Shown here in pieces: positions 49,832 to 62,487 of a stretch of 64,000 nucleotides of DNA. The stretch is from Paraspadella gotoi (lineage: Eukaryota > Animalia > Chaetognatha): assembly GCA_051294375.1 (NCBI GenBank), contig CM119263.1:18066628-18130627 (forward strand), in the 5' to 3' direction. Positions within the stretch are counted from its first letter, which is position 1; the number at the start of each line of letters is the position of its first letter. Under the pieces are notes generated by a model. That model saw only the letters and a program-made list of their open reading frames with translations. It ran no database searches and was not told where the DNA came from. Position numbers and translations under genes: made by a program.

Positions 49832-52800
49832 ATGTCGAATGATAAACCAGATAGCGAAACAGAGAAGAAAGAGGATGCCGAAACGGATCCACACCAGACA
49901 AAGGTAAGTTTTAATGATTTACCAGGTCAGTTCGTTCGTTCTATGTAAAATAAATTAGTACAATTAGATAAATGACCTTCCTGTCATTCAAAAGCAGTAA
50001 TTTTATATTAAAATTTTTTTTATTATAGGCTTCTTCTTTGGTTGAAGGCGTATTGACTAAAGGAATCACTCAAGGAGTCAGCGAAAAGGTTTTCTTAATC
50101 TACGCCGACATTTTTTTTCTCGCAATGGAAATTAATTTTTAATTTAATTCTTGAGGTCGCGGAGATCGAACGGAGATCATCTTCACAAGTTGCAATCGGA
50201 GTATTGAATTCTAAGGTGTTTTTCTGCTTTTTTTAACGTGAAAAAATCCAGTTATCGTAGAAAACCTAAAAATGAAAATATCTTAAATATCTTAAATATC
50301 TTATTTAAAGTGAGCTAATTTTTTTCGTATTCAGAATCGCGATACAACCCCCAAAATTTCGGGTAAGATATGTCTTCTTCCGAAATTGTAGTTTTGATGA
50401 GTGAAAGTTATATCTAAGCAAGTTCGTTTTTAAACGTCACAAAATTTAGCCCCAGTAAACAATTTAACGACTGCAAGCGTCAAAGAGGAAGCTGTTAATA
50501 TCATTCAGAGAAACAATCTGTCTCAGGTAAGGCGAGAGAGTTGAAGGGTCCAACATCCAATATTAATCTGTAAGTGTAACAAACACAGGAGGACCACTTA
50601 TCAACAAAGACGAAAAGTGATGTAATGCTCGGAGTTTCCAATTACTCTGAAGGTAAAAAAGAATGATGAAGTGCGACATTTAAAATTATTTATAAACGTT
50701 TACGTTTAAAAAAATGAGACGAACATTGGACACCAGTCGATTAAAGTGTTTGTCGAGGTTTACATTATGATTACTCGAGTCATCTACATAGTTACAATCA
50801 GCAACTGAAAACAAAAAGCTTTTTAAATTTTCAGGATTGGCTCCCCCTCTTCAGCCGACTATTTTAACTCCCGATAACATCGTTAACTCGCGAAGCCGCG
50901 CCCCTTTCGCAGTCGGGGCTCACGAAGCTCCGATAATCGACGAAAGGAAGAAAATGACCTCAGAGCCAGAGGACAGATTGGGAAAGAGGGTAGACAATGT
51001 CCTCAACCAGGTAATACTAGTAAATATATTGTCTTTCTATTTTAACCATCTACTTTAACAAACGAAAATTGTTTTGTACTTCAAGCTATTTCTTTCAGTA
51101 TTTTATTTCCTTTTTTCGTTCACTTTGAAAAGCTGCTTAAATATGCTCGCAGGGAAGGGAAGTTAAATCTGTTTTAGGATTCGATTTCTCTTCACATCAA
51201 TAAACAACGTTGTTGGTTTAAATAAATATGTCTTTTTAGGCGCCCGACTTACCTGCCCTTCGTTCCTCGGGTATGATTATTTTAAGTTTATTTTATTTTA
51301 AATAGCAATTTTTTAATATACACTGGATAGATTTATCAGACTACAAAGAAATGATACCCTCTCGGTCTTCATTTGCTGAAATGAAAGCTCAGCAATTTCG
51401 GTTCGCGACTCCATTTCTTCCGACACAAACAGGTGGTTTAGCTCTGTTGCAAAAAAGATGTTCATGAAAATTACAAGATACAAATTACGCTTAAATATTG
51501 TACGTGCCAGTTGGGTTAATTTGCGTATTCGCGTTATTTTCTCGTTAAGATGTATAGTAATTCAAATCCTATAGTGCAAAAATCTAAACAAACATTATCA
51601 ATCAAAGCAAAAATGTGTTTTTTTCAGCTTACAATACTGACGATACATTTAATCTCCTCTCATTTAATAATGCTCAAGATGCTCATGCTTTTTCGAGTTC
51701 TTTGTCATCGATGAAAAGCTGTGGTGAAAGGATCTTGCAAGAAAACTCAAGTTAGTAAAAGCAAAACATAAAAATTCAGTAATCATATTTGATATACAGC
51801 AGTTAACAAAACACTTGATATTATTTACAAGATGAAAATTTACCCTGCAAAAATTTGAATCAAGAGCTCATCGCGACGGAATCTTGTCGTGATAATTACA
51901 TAAAACAATCCGAGGAAGCAACCAAATCATTTGTTTTCGATTCGGTCAGTGTTTTATTATTGTTTTTATTTTTGTAATTTTTTTTATTATTATTATTGGT
52001 TTATTATAATCAACCTTAATAACATAGATTTTTGAAAACCGTTATAAACAATATTTAATAAAGCTTGATAATACATACCTTTATATATTTAACTGGTTTA
52101 TCTTTCAGGAAGATGTCCCTGAAAACCAATTGGAACAGTTATCAGGTGCTCACCAGTCTAACATATCAAATTTGTATCACTGCTAATTTTTGAAAACTGA
52201 GGCATTAGTTAAATATTTATGTAAATCAAGATTGATATAAGTATTAATTTCGTGGATTCTCGTCTGTCAAAATGGATTTTTTTTACTCATTATTTAATAT
52301 TTATATCACATTATAACGGTATTTGTACAGGGCATGCTGTAAATAAAAGCGCCCGAAACTTCGTTGACGAAGACGCTTCATTTAATGAAGCGGATTTGTT
52401 TGACAATCGAATCGCCAGTTATGGTGCTGAGGCTCTCTTTCCGCAACGCAAAAGAAAGATGACTGGACCCTCTGGGGATCGAGCGATGACCGAGCCTGTA
52501 CCTGATCCACCAAACGACGAGGAGCCATATTGTCCAATTCACCCTATACTCGCAAAGTGAGTGACGGAATTGAAAAAAGTTTCTTTTTAATTATCTGAGT
52601 TTTAGCCAAGGGTGTCTAATGCATCATTCGTGCATGAAGGGTTTACTTAGGTTCATCTTAGTTGCCAAAATATTTTTATTTTGTCATTTTCCATTATACG
52701 CCAAGCAGGTTGAGCCAATTTTTTTTTTCCATTAGCTACTTTCCACCAGAGTGGTTTAAGGCTCTTATGTCTTTGGACGACTGCTCTTGTAAGACTCCAC

Positions 52801-55800
52801 TGTTCAACACGGTTTACAAGTTGGCTGAAATAATCGTTTCAAAGAACAGCGAAGTAAAGGAAGTCGCTGTGGAGAAGGAAGGGCTGGTCGACTACAGCGC
52901 CAAGCTTAAAAAAGAATTGAAAAAATGGTCGCAGGCTCGAAGCTTTTTTGAAGAGACTCAAATAAGGCTCGAGGGAGAGCTGCACAAGGTTTATTTTGTC
53001 AAATAGAATTACCGTTAAAATTTTAATTTACCCCCCAAAATTTTTTTGCACAGACTGAAATTCAGAGAGACAACTCTAACAAAAAGGTCGAGAGTCAAAA
53101 GATTTTGTTGGACAAAATGAAAGAACAGCTGAAAAATAAAGAGGTACTTGAGTCACCATCGTGACCTTGTTGTAACAGATGTAATTCGTAAAATTCCAGA
53201 ATCATTCGTAAAGATAAAAAAATTAATTAATCTAAATTTAGGTCCCTTAAATATAAAATCTTCGGTTTGCTTAAAAGCAAAAAGAAATAAATTTTTGGGC
53301 GTCATTAATTTTTAAAAAAATTTGGTCGTTGTAGTCGGAAATTGCGACGGAAAGTGCATCAAAAGGTGAACTGGAGCGTGAGTTGGAGTTCACTCGTCGT
53401 GAGGTTTTGGCTCGAGACGAACAAATCGAGAAGTTGAGAGAGAGAATACTCGAGGTGGAGAGAGAGCGATCGGACGAGTCGAAGAAGAAAAGCGAAGGTC
53501 AGTTTGAAAATTCCCAAAAAAGATATTCTGAAAGTATGAAGCAGAAAGTAAGTCAATTTTAATGCCTTGCAGTTCAAGCTAAGAACGCTGAACTAAAGGC
53601 CGAGCTGATATCTTTGGAATCCAAGTTTGCAAAGGAAGACAGACTCAATCAAGCAGTTTTGGCTCAAAAAAAAGCTGAAGCTACTTCAAGAGCCGCCGTG
53701 GCCAACCTCCAGACTCTTCAACTGGTAATCTTTTCGACTACTTTAAATTTTAATTTCCGGGAAGTTCAGCTTATAATACGGTAAAAAAAGTGATTTGCGC
53801 GTACATGTTACATAACCAAAATTCTACCCACATTTATACTATTTATAGTTTAATTGTAAAAACAGTTTTTGTTTATTGCTGATTTAATTTAAAAAGTAAT
53901 ATTGCTTGACAGGAATATCAACGAATCCTAAACCTTAACAAGGGGGACAGCGATCAGTCAAAAGAATTAATTGACAAATGTCGTAGTCTGATGGAAACGA
54001 ACCATGAGCTTGAAAAGGAATTGGGTCACTACAGGTATGCCTCAGAAATGCAAATTTTGCAGAATTTTAAAAAAAATACTGTAATTCACCTTTCGTGCTA
54101 TCTTGCCCTTTTATTTATTTTCTAGATGCGAAGCGAACATGCAAATGGCTCAACTCCACGCAGACAAAAACAAAATTAACTTTGAATACCAAAAAATGAT
54201 CAGGTCGATGAAAGAGAAAGAGAAATAATAAACACGCCCCATGTTTTTTAAATTTTTTTTTTGTCTTTCGAGATCACTTTTAATTTCTCACTTTGTTCAT
54301 TTTTTTTTTAAATTAGGGAAAGGACCCACATGGAGACGGCCATCTCCGATCTGCGCGCTTCCAACGGTCTCCTGCGTCACGAGCGCGAGACTTCCAAGTC
54401 GGACGTCAACGCGTTGAGGGTCCAGCTCGACGCGGAGAAGGACGCGAGGAAGAAGGAGAAGATCAAAACGGATTTCATGGTCAAGTCGCTAAATGACACC
54501 GGTGTGTAAGTGTTGAGGGGGAAAAAAAAGAGAGAGAGTAGAGCTGAATGAATATAAGGAGTACCGTTGAAATGATTAAGGAATTTCTGAAAAGTTTTTC
54601 TCGTTTTTGAGTAATATTTTTATAAATTATTATGTATATTTAGAAAACTGTTTTAAGTGTTGTTTTTTCTTTGCTTTTGTTAGTAAAACAACTACGAATA
54701 AAAATCTCCGAGTTAGAGAGTCGAATGGGAAATGAAGATCTTCTGAAGGAAATGTACGACGAAAAAGTCCGAGAAATGGCTAATCTGCAGGTTATAATTT
54801 ATTAATATTATGGTTACTTGGTTTTTTTTTACTTGGTAACCGGTACAACCACAGAATTATCGAATAGCCAATACCAATCAATCAGAAAGCGACCGATCAC
54901 AAGCTAACGATGATGGCAATGAGGATGAAAGGCACGACCGAAAATCTCCACGCTACCATCGAAGCGCTAAAAAGAGCGTTGCTGCGAAAGGCCGAGGAGT
55001 TGGCGAGAATCAAATGGGAGTACGTTGGGGAAGAGCTGGAGTTGCAGCCGATCGGACTCAGGTGAAAATACTGAAAAGTAAAGGGAGACGTAAGAAAAAC
55101 TTGAGAAAAAAAAATACTTGTGGCATTTAGTTAAACAGAGGGCTACTTAATTTTCAACTTAAAGGTTCGAAACCAAATCCGACGGTATGGTGGTGGTTAT
55201 AGAAGAGCCAGGCCTCAATAAAGAGGCAGAATTGAAGAACATCATTAACGAGCTGATGGACAAGCTGGAGCGGTTGAGAGATGACAATGAACGCCTCAAG
55301 GACATCCTCTCCAATTCTCAGCAAAGATGCGACTGTCTTGAAAAAGCTTTCGAGGATAATCAACGGCTTGAGACTCAGGTTAATTGAGATGACAACTCTA
55401 ACTCACACTCATGAACTAAAAAGTTTTGCTAAATTTTGTTCGCACATCTAATTTTGAAACTGATCAAATAGAAAAATATGTGAAAATTTTTTATTTTGCT
55501 GTAAATGTTAAACGAGACTAGTGTCTCACAGGTGGAAAAGTATCGTGAACTCGTAATGGGCCTAGCGAATCAGGCCCGCGACATTCCCGGCAAGGGCAGC
55601 GTTTCGAGGCGAGGGCAAGGCGCGGCAACTGATGACCTCACGGACGTGGAGAAAGCGGCAATAGTTCTGGCGACGGCGGCGGCCAAGAAAATCGTGGACC
55701 ATACGCAGGGTCCTGGAGACGCTGCCGGTGCGATTCCCGGGGTGCCCACGACTTATGCTGCGGCTGCGACGGCTGCAGGCGAACCCACCAAAGCAAACGA

Positions 55801-58800
55801 ACCGCCAAGGGGAGCGACAGCGGATTCCCCTTTCGAGACTGCGAGGCTCGTCGAAGGTTTCCCGCCGATTCCGCCGGCGCCGCTGCGGTCCCGGACGCCG
55901 TCGGAATCCGACCTCGGCGAAGAGGAGTATGAGCCAGTGATCGGCTCGACGCTCGAGGCCCTCGACGACGCAGTCGTCGCCGCCATGACAGCCAGAGACC
56001 GGCAGCTCCGTCATTTTCTCGGAGACCGAATCCATGCTGCCGGTTTGGACGATCCCGCCCTTGAGGGCATGCGGATGGAGTACGGTCCGGATGACGTGGA
56101 CTTCGTCGCCGAAATGGAAGACGTCTTCAATCGGGCAAAGGATCTGGCCGATCTTGCCGAGGACTACAGGCGAGAAAGAGAGAGACAACCGGCTGCGCTT
56201 TTGTTTTTTTTTAATTAAGAAAAATATGAATTAAACACATGAAAGAAACACATCTTTACTTTTCAGGATTCGGTGCGCGCAGCTGGAGTTAATATGCGCA
56301 AAAAATATTAAAGAATTGGATCATTATAAGGTTGAGTAAGATAATTATGCTCTGATTCAATGTGATTTGGAAGTTAACAATTTTTTTTTCCACTTAAGTT
56401 CGATTTTACTTAATGCTTATCTACAACTTGAATGACGCCAATTTGCTTGAATAGGAGTTGGAAAAATACTTGATAGAGCAAGGGATCATCGCAGTCGATT
56501 TCCTACAAACGATGAAGGCAAACGTGCTCGATCTCCTAAGACCAGCTCCCCAGGAGATCGTGGAGATGGATCACTTTTTAGAGGAGCAACAGAATTTCTT
56601 GAAGGAGAAAGTCGCTGCCGAATGCGCTAGGTAAAGTTTGGAAATAATATTAATTGGGTATTTGACAAAATAAGTAATTGACAGTTATAAAATTTTGAGC
56701 GTTTTGATGAAGGTCCGAATGTAAGACCGAATTTATTGACATAGAAACGGATATGTTTCGGCTTTGGATGCAAGCCTTCATCAGCGTTTTTTACAGTTTG
56801 TAAAGTTACGCTTAATTTGTGAGTTTAAAACAGATTGTGTCCGAATTTATTCAGCCGACAAAACTTGATTGATGCATTGCGAAATCAGTATCTGGAAGAG
56901 GCAAAGGAGCTTCACGACGAATTGGAGATTCTGCGCCAGAAACTCATCGAGAAAGAGAAGGAACTAGAAGCGAAGGGATTCAAGACATCGGGGTAAAAAT
57001 TTTTGCAACATGAAAACAATTTTAAAAATTGTTTTAGCCGGATCTTCTTATAGTTGATTCCGGCTCTTTGTCGGTCCCCACCCACAATCTGATCGGTAAG
57101 TCATTTACATCATCTCCGAACACCAAATTATGATAAATGTCTGTCCGTCCGTATCCCCTTAGATTTAAACGCCAATTACTCTTAAGTAGATCGGGCAATT
57201 GACTTGAAATTTTGTGTGTGGGTGTGGAAATGTGTGTGTGATCTAGATTTTAAGTTTTGATAGAATCGTCCAAATAAAAATGTTTAAATGGAAAAAACAA
57301 AATACCCGTTTTGTTGTTTGATTATGATTTTAAAATTTTTTTTAAATTATTTAATTAATTAACCAATTCATTTATATAATAAAGATATAGTAATAAGTTT
57401 TAGTAAACAATGCCCAATCTGCTCACGATTATTAGCGGTGAAAAGTTGCTCTTATGGTCGACTAAAATCCACCAACCGTTCATCAGCGGCCATTGGTGCC
57501 GGAGGCAAGTCCTTCGCCTCCCACCCCAAAGGTCCGGGGTTCTAGCCCGGTGGCCGCCTTGCAGTAAAGAGGGACGGGGCGTTTAACCCGCCTGTAACAT
57601 GGTGTTACAGCCTGATCCGAAGCTCAGGGACTGCCTATATTGAACGGTTCTGTCACTATCACATAACAATTATCACTGTCTCTACATTCTGATGATAAAT
57701 TGTTATTTAATTAATCAATTATTATTTATTAATGAAAATTAATAATATAATTCATTAACTGATCAGCTGCTTAGTGCTTACGGCTAATTTTCGTGAGCAG
57801 ATCCGGCATTGTTTACTCAAACTTGTTTTGATATAATTACTTTTTTTTCCCCACATTTTCTCGATTATTTCTTTCTCACACTTAAAAATAGCTGGTTGTT
57901 CTTTCTTTTAATTTTTGTACTGAATCAACGTTGTTGCATTCGAATAATAACGCTTATATATTGATGGAAGTATTAGCACTGTGTATTGTTTTTTTAATAA
58001 CTTTTGTCAAAATGCCATGTCTTATGTTTGATTTCAGTTATCTCGATCGAGATGGGAAATGGAAAGACGATGCCCCGCCCCCTGCTGACGCCATTGGTTA
58101 CCGAGACCCCGATGGATCCTGGAAGAGAACAACGCCGCCTCCAACTGATCCAGGATTCGTCGACGGAACTGGCCAATGGCGCAACGAAGTGCCCGATCCC
58201 AACATTGCAGGGCATGTCGATGGTGGAGTCTTCATTCAAGCCAAATTGCCAGATATGCCTGTTCCTGTCGTTGTACCCATGGGCATCACACTACCGCTTC
58301 CTGGCTTACCAGAGGGCCACCCGGGTCAGCCTGGGCAGCCTGGACAACCGCCTGGATATCCGCCTCAACCCGGCCAGCCCATGCAACCCGGCCAGCCCAT
58401 GCAACCCGGGCAGCCCATGCAACCCGGGCAGCCCATGCAACCCGGGCAGCCCATGCAACCCGGCCAGCCCATGCAACCTCAACCCGATCAAGCGGCATAT
58501 CCGAGTCAAGGTCCGACTCCTGGTGCACCTGACCAGCCTTCCGAAAAACAAGGAAACAAGATACAAGTTGACATGCAGTTACCCGACGTACCTTATTTGG
58601 ACATTGACCTAAATATACATGGTCCACAGGGTCAGGCGCAGCCAGAGGGAATACAAAAAGTTGCTCAAGACGGTTCTCCGCTGCCTGAAGAGTCTGGTCC
58701 AGCTCGTGTAACTGAAGAAACTACGGGCCAAATAACTGGAGAAACCGAAATGACAACGGAGGAAAAAGTCCCGGGCGAGAGGGAAAGCGCGGGAAGGGAA

Positions 58801-60982
58801 GTGGAGCCAAAGGTAGAGGAAGAGGAGGCGGTAGTGGTTTTCGCCGATGAAGACGAACGATCTACCGTCGGAGAAGGAGGGGAGGAGCTTCGGACTGAAC
58901 TGAAATCGGATCAGATGGAACAGGAAGAGGCGGAAAAGGAACGAGAAGATTCTGATGCCGTTGAGGCTGGCGAGGAATCTCAATGCAAACCACCACCGGA
59001 AAAGGCTTATTTGTCTTCCGTCGGAGGGATGGTGGTCGACGAAGAAGGGGAAGACTGGGACGAACTCGCGGCCAAATTATCTCCGTCGGAGATGAGACGC
59101 AGAATTGCTGAGAAGATTGAAAAAATTCTGACTGAAGATCAGTTGGGGGAACTAACGCCCGAGGAACGTGACGACATCTCGCATCCAGATAAGAGAGTGT
59201 TGATGTTGACGTCGACGAAAGTCACGGACTTGCTCGATTTCGAGCAAGCGTTGAATTTGACTGAGTCGGAGCAGATGATGGTTCTCTCGGAGGACAAGAG
59301 AAAATGCTTGTTGGCCGAGAAGCTCATGAGGATGCTGACAGAGGAACAAGTCAATCAGCTGTCGGAAGAGGAAAGGGACATGATGAAAACGGAAGAGGGT
59401 CGGCTCAGTCTTGTTGTCCAAGGCATCGTTCCGGATTTGCTCACCGACGAGCAATTGGATCAGCTGACGACCGAAGATCGACGACTCTTGGCGAGAATGA
59501 TGCTGGAGATGACGAAGTCCGACGGAGTATCCATACCGCCCGTGGATCGACGCAAGAAACAAGAGGGCATCATCTCAGAGAAGCTGCAAAGGGCAGACAG
59601 GCTAGAGAGGCGCGCGGATGAGATGGAGCGAGAGGAGATGAGGGAGGCGGAGTCGGCCATGAGATGGTCCACGGAAATGTTGTCGAAGAGGGCCAAGGGA
59701 GCCTACAATTGCTTCATGAGCTATTGGAACGCGATGGCTGGTATAGTGCCGGATTGCAGCGATCCGCCGGAACCGAAAAACGACGTGAGAATTTAATTGG
59801 TATAAGTCACGGAGATTGTGTGATTTTTTTTAAATACTCACCGTTTTACATTCAGTTTCTGCCCGGGGTTGGCGGCACGATGCCTTCTTCCAGGAAAACT
59901 TCGTCTCCTAAAACGGACGATCTTTCAAAGAGAACGTCCGCACCGAAGGAAAGGTCGTCGTCACAGAGAGGAAGGGCGTCTTCAGTCCCGAAAAGGTCGT
60001 CGGCGGCGGCGACGCAGACGACGTCGCCGCGACGATCGTCCGCGGCGAAACAGAGCAGCAAAGTGGAGGAGATTGTGGTGGACATAAGCTCTGATGATGT
60101 TAGAGCTTTCTTTATCTAAAGACGGAAACGATTCAATTTAAGGTTAAGATTACTTTTAGTAATGGTTTCAATTTTTGTAGACGCCAGAGCAGTCGGACAA
60201 CGAAAATGAAAACCGCAAACTCGCTCCCTGGTCGAGGAAGAGCGCCATCTTTACTCCTGCGAACTTCTCGCATTTATCGCCGCCCCCGCACAACGAACTT
60301 CGACAACCGAGTATGCAAAAGACGGCATCTAGACTGCCGATTCTTCAAAAGGCCGAACCACGTCCCCCGGTCTCCCCGCCCACCGTATCTCGGCTGCCTA
60401 TCGTCCAGAATATTCCTCGTCCTTCGAGTGCATCGAGTTTCTCCGTCATTTCCGACGTGTCCGGCGTGCCGCGTTTACCGCAGCTGCATGCCCTGCAGTT
60501 GAATCAATCGCGAATGAGACTGCATCGAGTGAGCACTTTAAAGTTAACGAATAATAAATAGTTACCGCATTTTTGTTGACAATTTTTTTTTAAAACAGCC
60601 CGGTAGACTGGCGGAGAGACTCGCGGAACGCCCGAGATTCGGAATGCGCGCCAGTCCGCGCCCCTCCTTTCTCGCGCGACCGTCTTGGCACCGAAGGGAC
60701 GACGCGGACAACGCCTCCCTCAGCGTCTCCATCACTGACACGGACAGGAGGGAGAGGAGGAGGTGGATGAACGAGGAGGAGGAACAGGAGAAGAGGAAGA
60801 GAAGAAGAGCGAGAGATTTGGCGAGGAAATCGAAAGGGAAAGTGTCGGAGCGGGTGAGTGCTGAAAATGGACAAGTTTTACATTTCGTTTTCACGTTCTT
60901 CGTTTGGGTAAGTGGCGTTTTCTTGCAGTACATGCGGAAGAAACTCCAGCGCGTCATGTCAAGTTGTTCGTCCGCTTATTGA
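49832..60982 (+). CDS. Uncharacterised multi-exon coiled-coil protein (paralog B), tandem duplicate of 37427-49180
   Basis: Putative start [24 protein letters not shown]|gtaag. It has the same conserved blocks and shared intron positions as paralog A, and a large exon ~58038-59784. The last exon is [17 protein letters not shown] (stop at 60982). Confidence 0.8.
56745..56789 (-). ncRNA. Minimal type I hammerhead ribozyme (Penelope-type), intronic
   Basis: Reverse strand AAACG-CTGATGA-A-GGCTT-GCATCCA-AAGCC-GAAA-CATA-TC-CGTTT: 5-bp stem I, 5-bp stem II and an AUC site. Confidence 0.75.
57400..57818. mobile_element. MITE-like element with ~27-bp inverted ends hosting the solo LTR
   Basis: AGTAAACAATGCCCAATCTGCTCACGA versus TCGTGAGCAGATCCGGCATTGTTTACT. 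A related end occurs at ~2096. Confidence 0.6.
57453..57686 (+). mobile_element. Solo LTR of the 7477-8123 family (tRNA-like module plus twister candidate at 57561-57634)
   Basis: Full-length match to both LTRs from TATGG to CTACA, with flanks CTCT and TTCT (4-bp TSD with one mismatch). Confidence 0.9.
58367..58478 (+). repeat. 18-bp coding tandem repeat encoding (QPGQPM)x6
   Basis: CAACCCGG(C/G)CAGCCCATG repeated. Confidence 0.9.
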
Positions 60983-61486
60983 ATTCAAAGGAACTCGTTA
61001 TAAATGAAAATTTTTTTCGACTTGGTAAATGAACGAACTTTTTTAATTACAAGCAGTTAGCTACTGAAAATCTTTAACAATTTCTATCCCGCATTTACGT
61101 AATGCTAGATTTTTTAAGATAGAAAACTAAAAGTCAGATGAGTCAGATGCGTGACCTTATTCTAGTCTTCTTTATTCTATTATTACTAATCCTTATACTT
61201 GCGTCTACGTTGAAAAAATTTGTCACAAAAGAGGGTAACAATTTTAGTTTTATTTGGTTCAATCAACAATTAATAAAAAACATCGATGTTGATATAAGCT
61301 CGATCATTCCGCTTTAACGGGGCCATTACGGTTGACGTAGGATTAATTTTTACAAGCGTTTTCGTTATGCCGTGCTGGTGAATACCAGGTTGAAGTTAAA
61401 TGTAAAAAAATCATGAAATGTCTAATAAAAGGTTAAAAATTGATGCAAAATAGAGTGAAAGGTAATGAAACTGAAGATGAAAAAGT

Positions 61487-62456
61487 TTATCGCCTCGGGG
61501 CGGGATTTTGATTGTAGCGGGATGATCTGTAGGTTGCCGATCGTGACGTTCGGTAATTTGATTCGTCGCGACCAGATTGAGGGTAACCACGTGACCGGTA
61601 TTCATCCTGTTCAGTCCAGTTGGTGTAATCATTGACGTCGGCGNNNNNNNNNNNNNNNNNNNNNNNNNNNNNNNNNNNNNNNNNNNNNNNNNNNNNNNNN
61701 NNNNNNNNNNNNNNNNNNNNNNNNNNNNNNNNNNNNNNNNNNNNNNNNNNNNNNNNNNNNNNNNNNNNNNNNNNNNNNNNNNNNNNNNNNNNNNNNNNNN
61801 NNNNNNNNNGATTTTGATTGTAGCGGGATGATCTGTAGGTTGCCGATCGCGACGTTCGGTAATTTGATTCGTCGCGACTAGATTGAGGGTAACCACGTGA
61901 TCGGTATTCATCCTGTTCAGTCCAGTTGGAGTAATCATTGACGTCGGCGGTTTGAGCTCGATAGCGGTTTGTCGGTTCGTTCCTCGGACGATATTCGTTC
62001 GCTTGGTCGACGCCGTGTCCGTAATCGTTTCCTGTTTCGATCCAAGGACGATATTCCGCGCCGCGACCCTCGTAATAATTGGGGCGGACTGCCGCTCTGC
62101 GATCGTTTTGTCTCTGATCGCGGGCCCAGGACTCGTTCGAACCTTCGGCACACGCTCGGCGTTCCATTGCCCGCTCGCGCCTGGACGAACGCCGGTCGGG
62201 CGGAGCGCGATGGGACGGCGTCGAAGGGGCCGAGTCGGCAGAGAAATCGGCGCCGAGGGCGCGATGCCGAGACGAGGAGGTCGGAAGTGAAGCGGCGCCC
62301 GTGGAGGCGGCGTCGTCGTCGTCTTCAAAACCGGCGCGTCGGACGCCCTGTCGAAACTCGCGTGGAGGCGTCGCCGAAAAACGACGAGGGGAGGCGGCGC
62401 GGTGATGAGAGGGACGGCGAAGAATTTGGGGACGGTCTGGAGGATGTAAGCGACGT

Positions 62457-62487
<31 letters not shown>

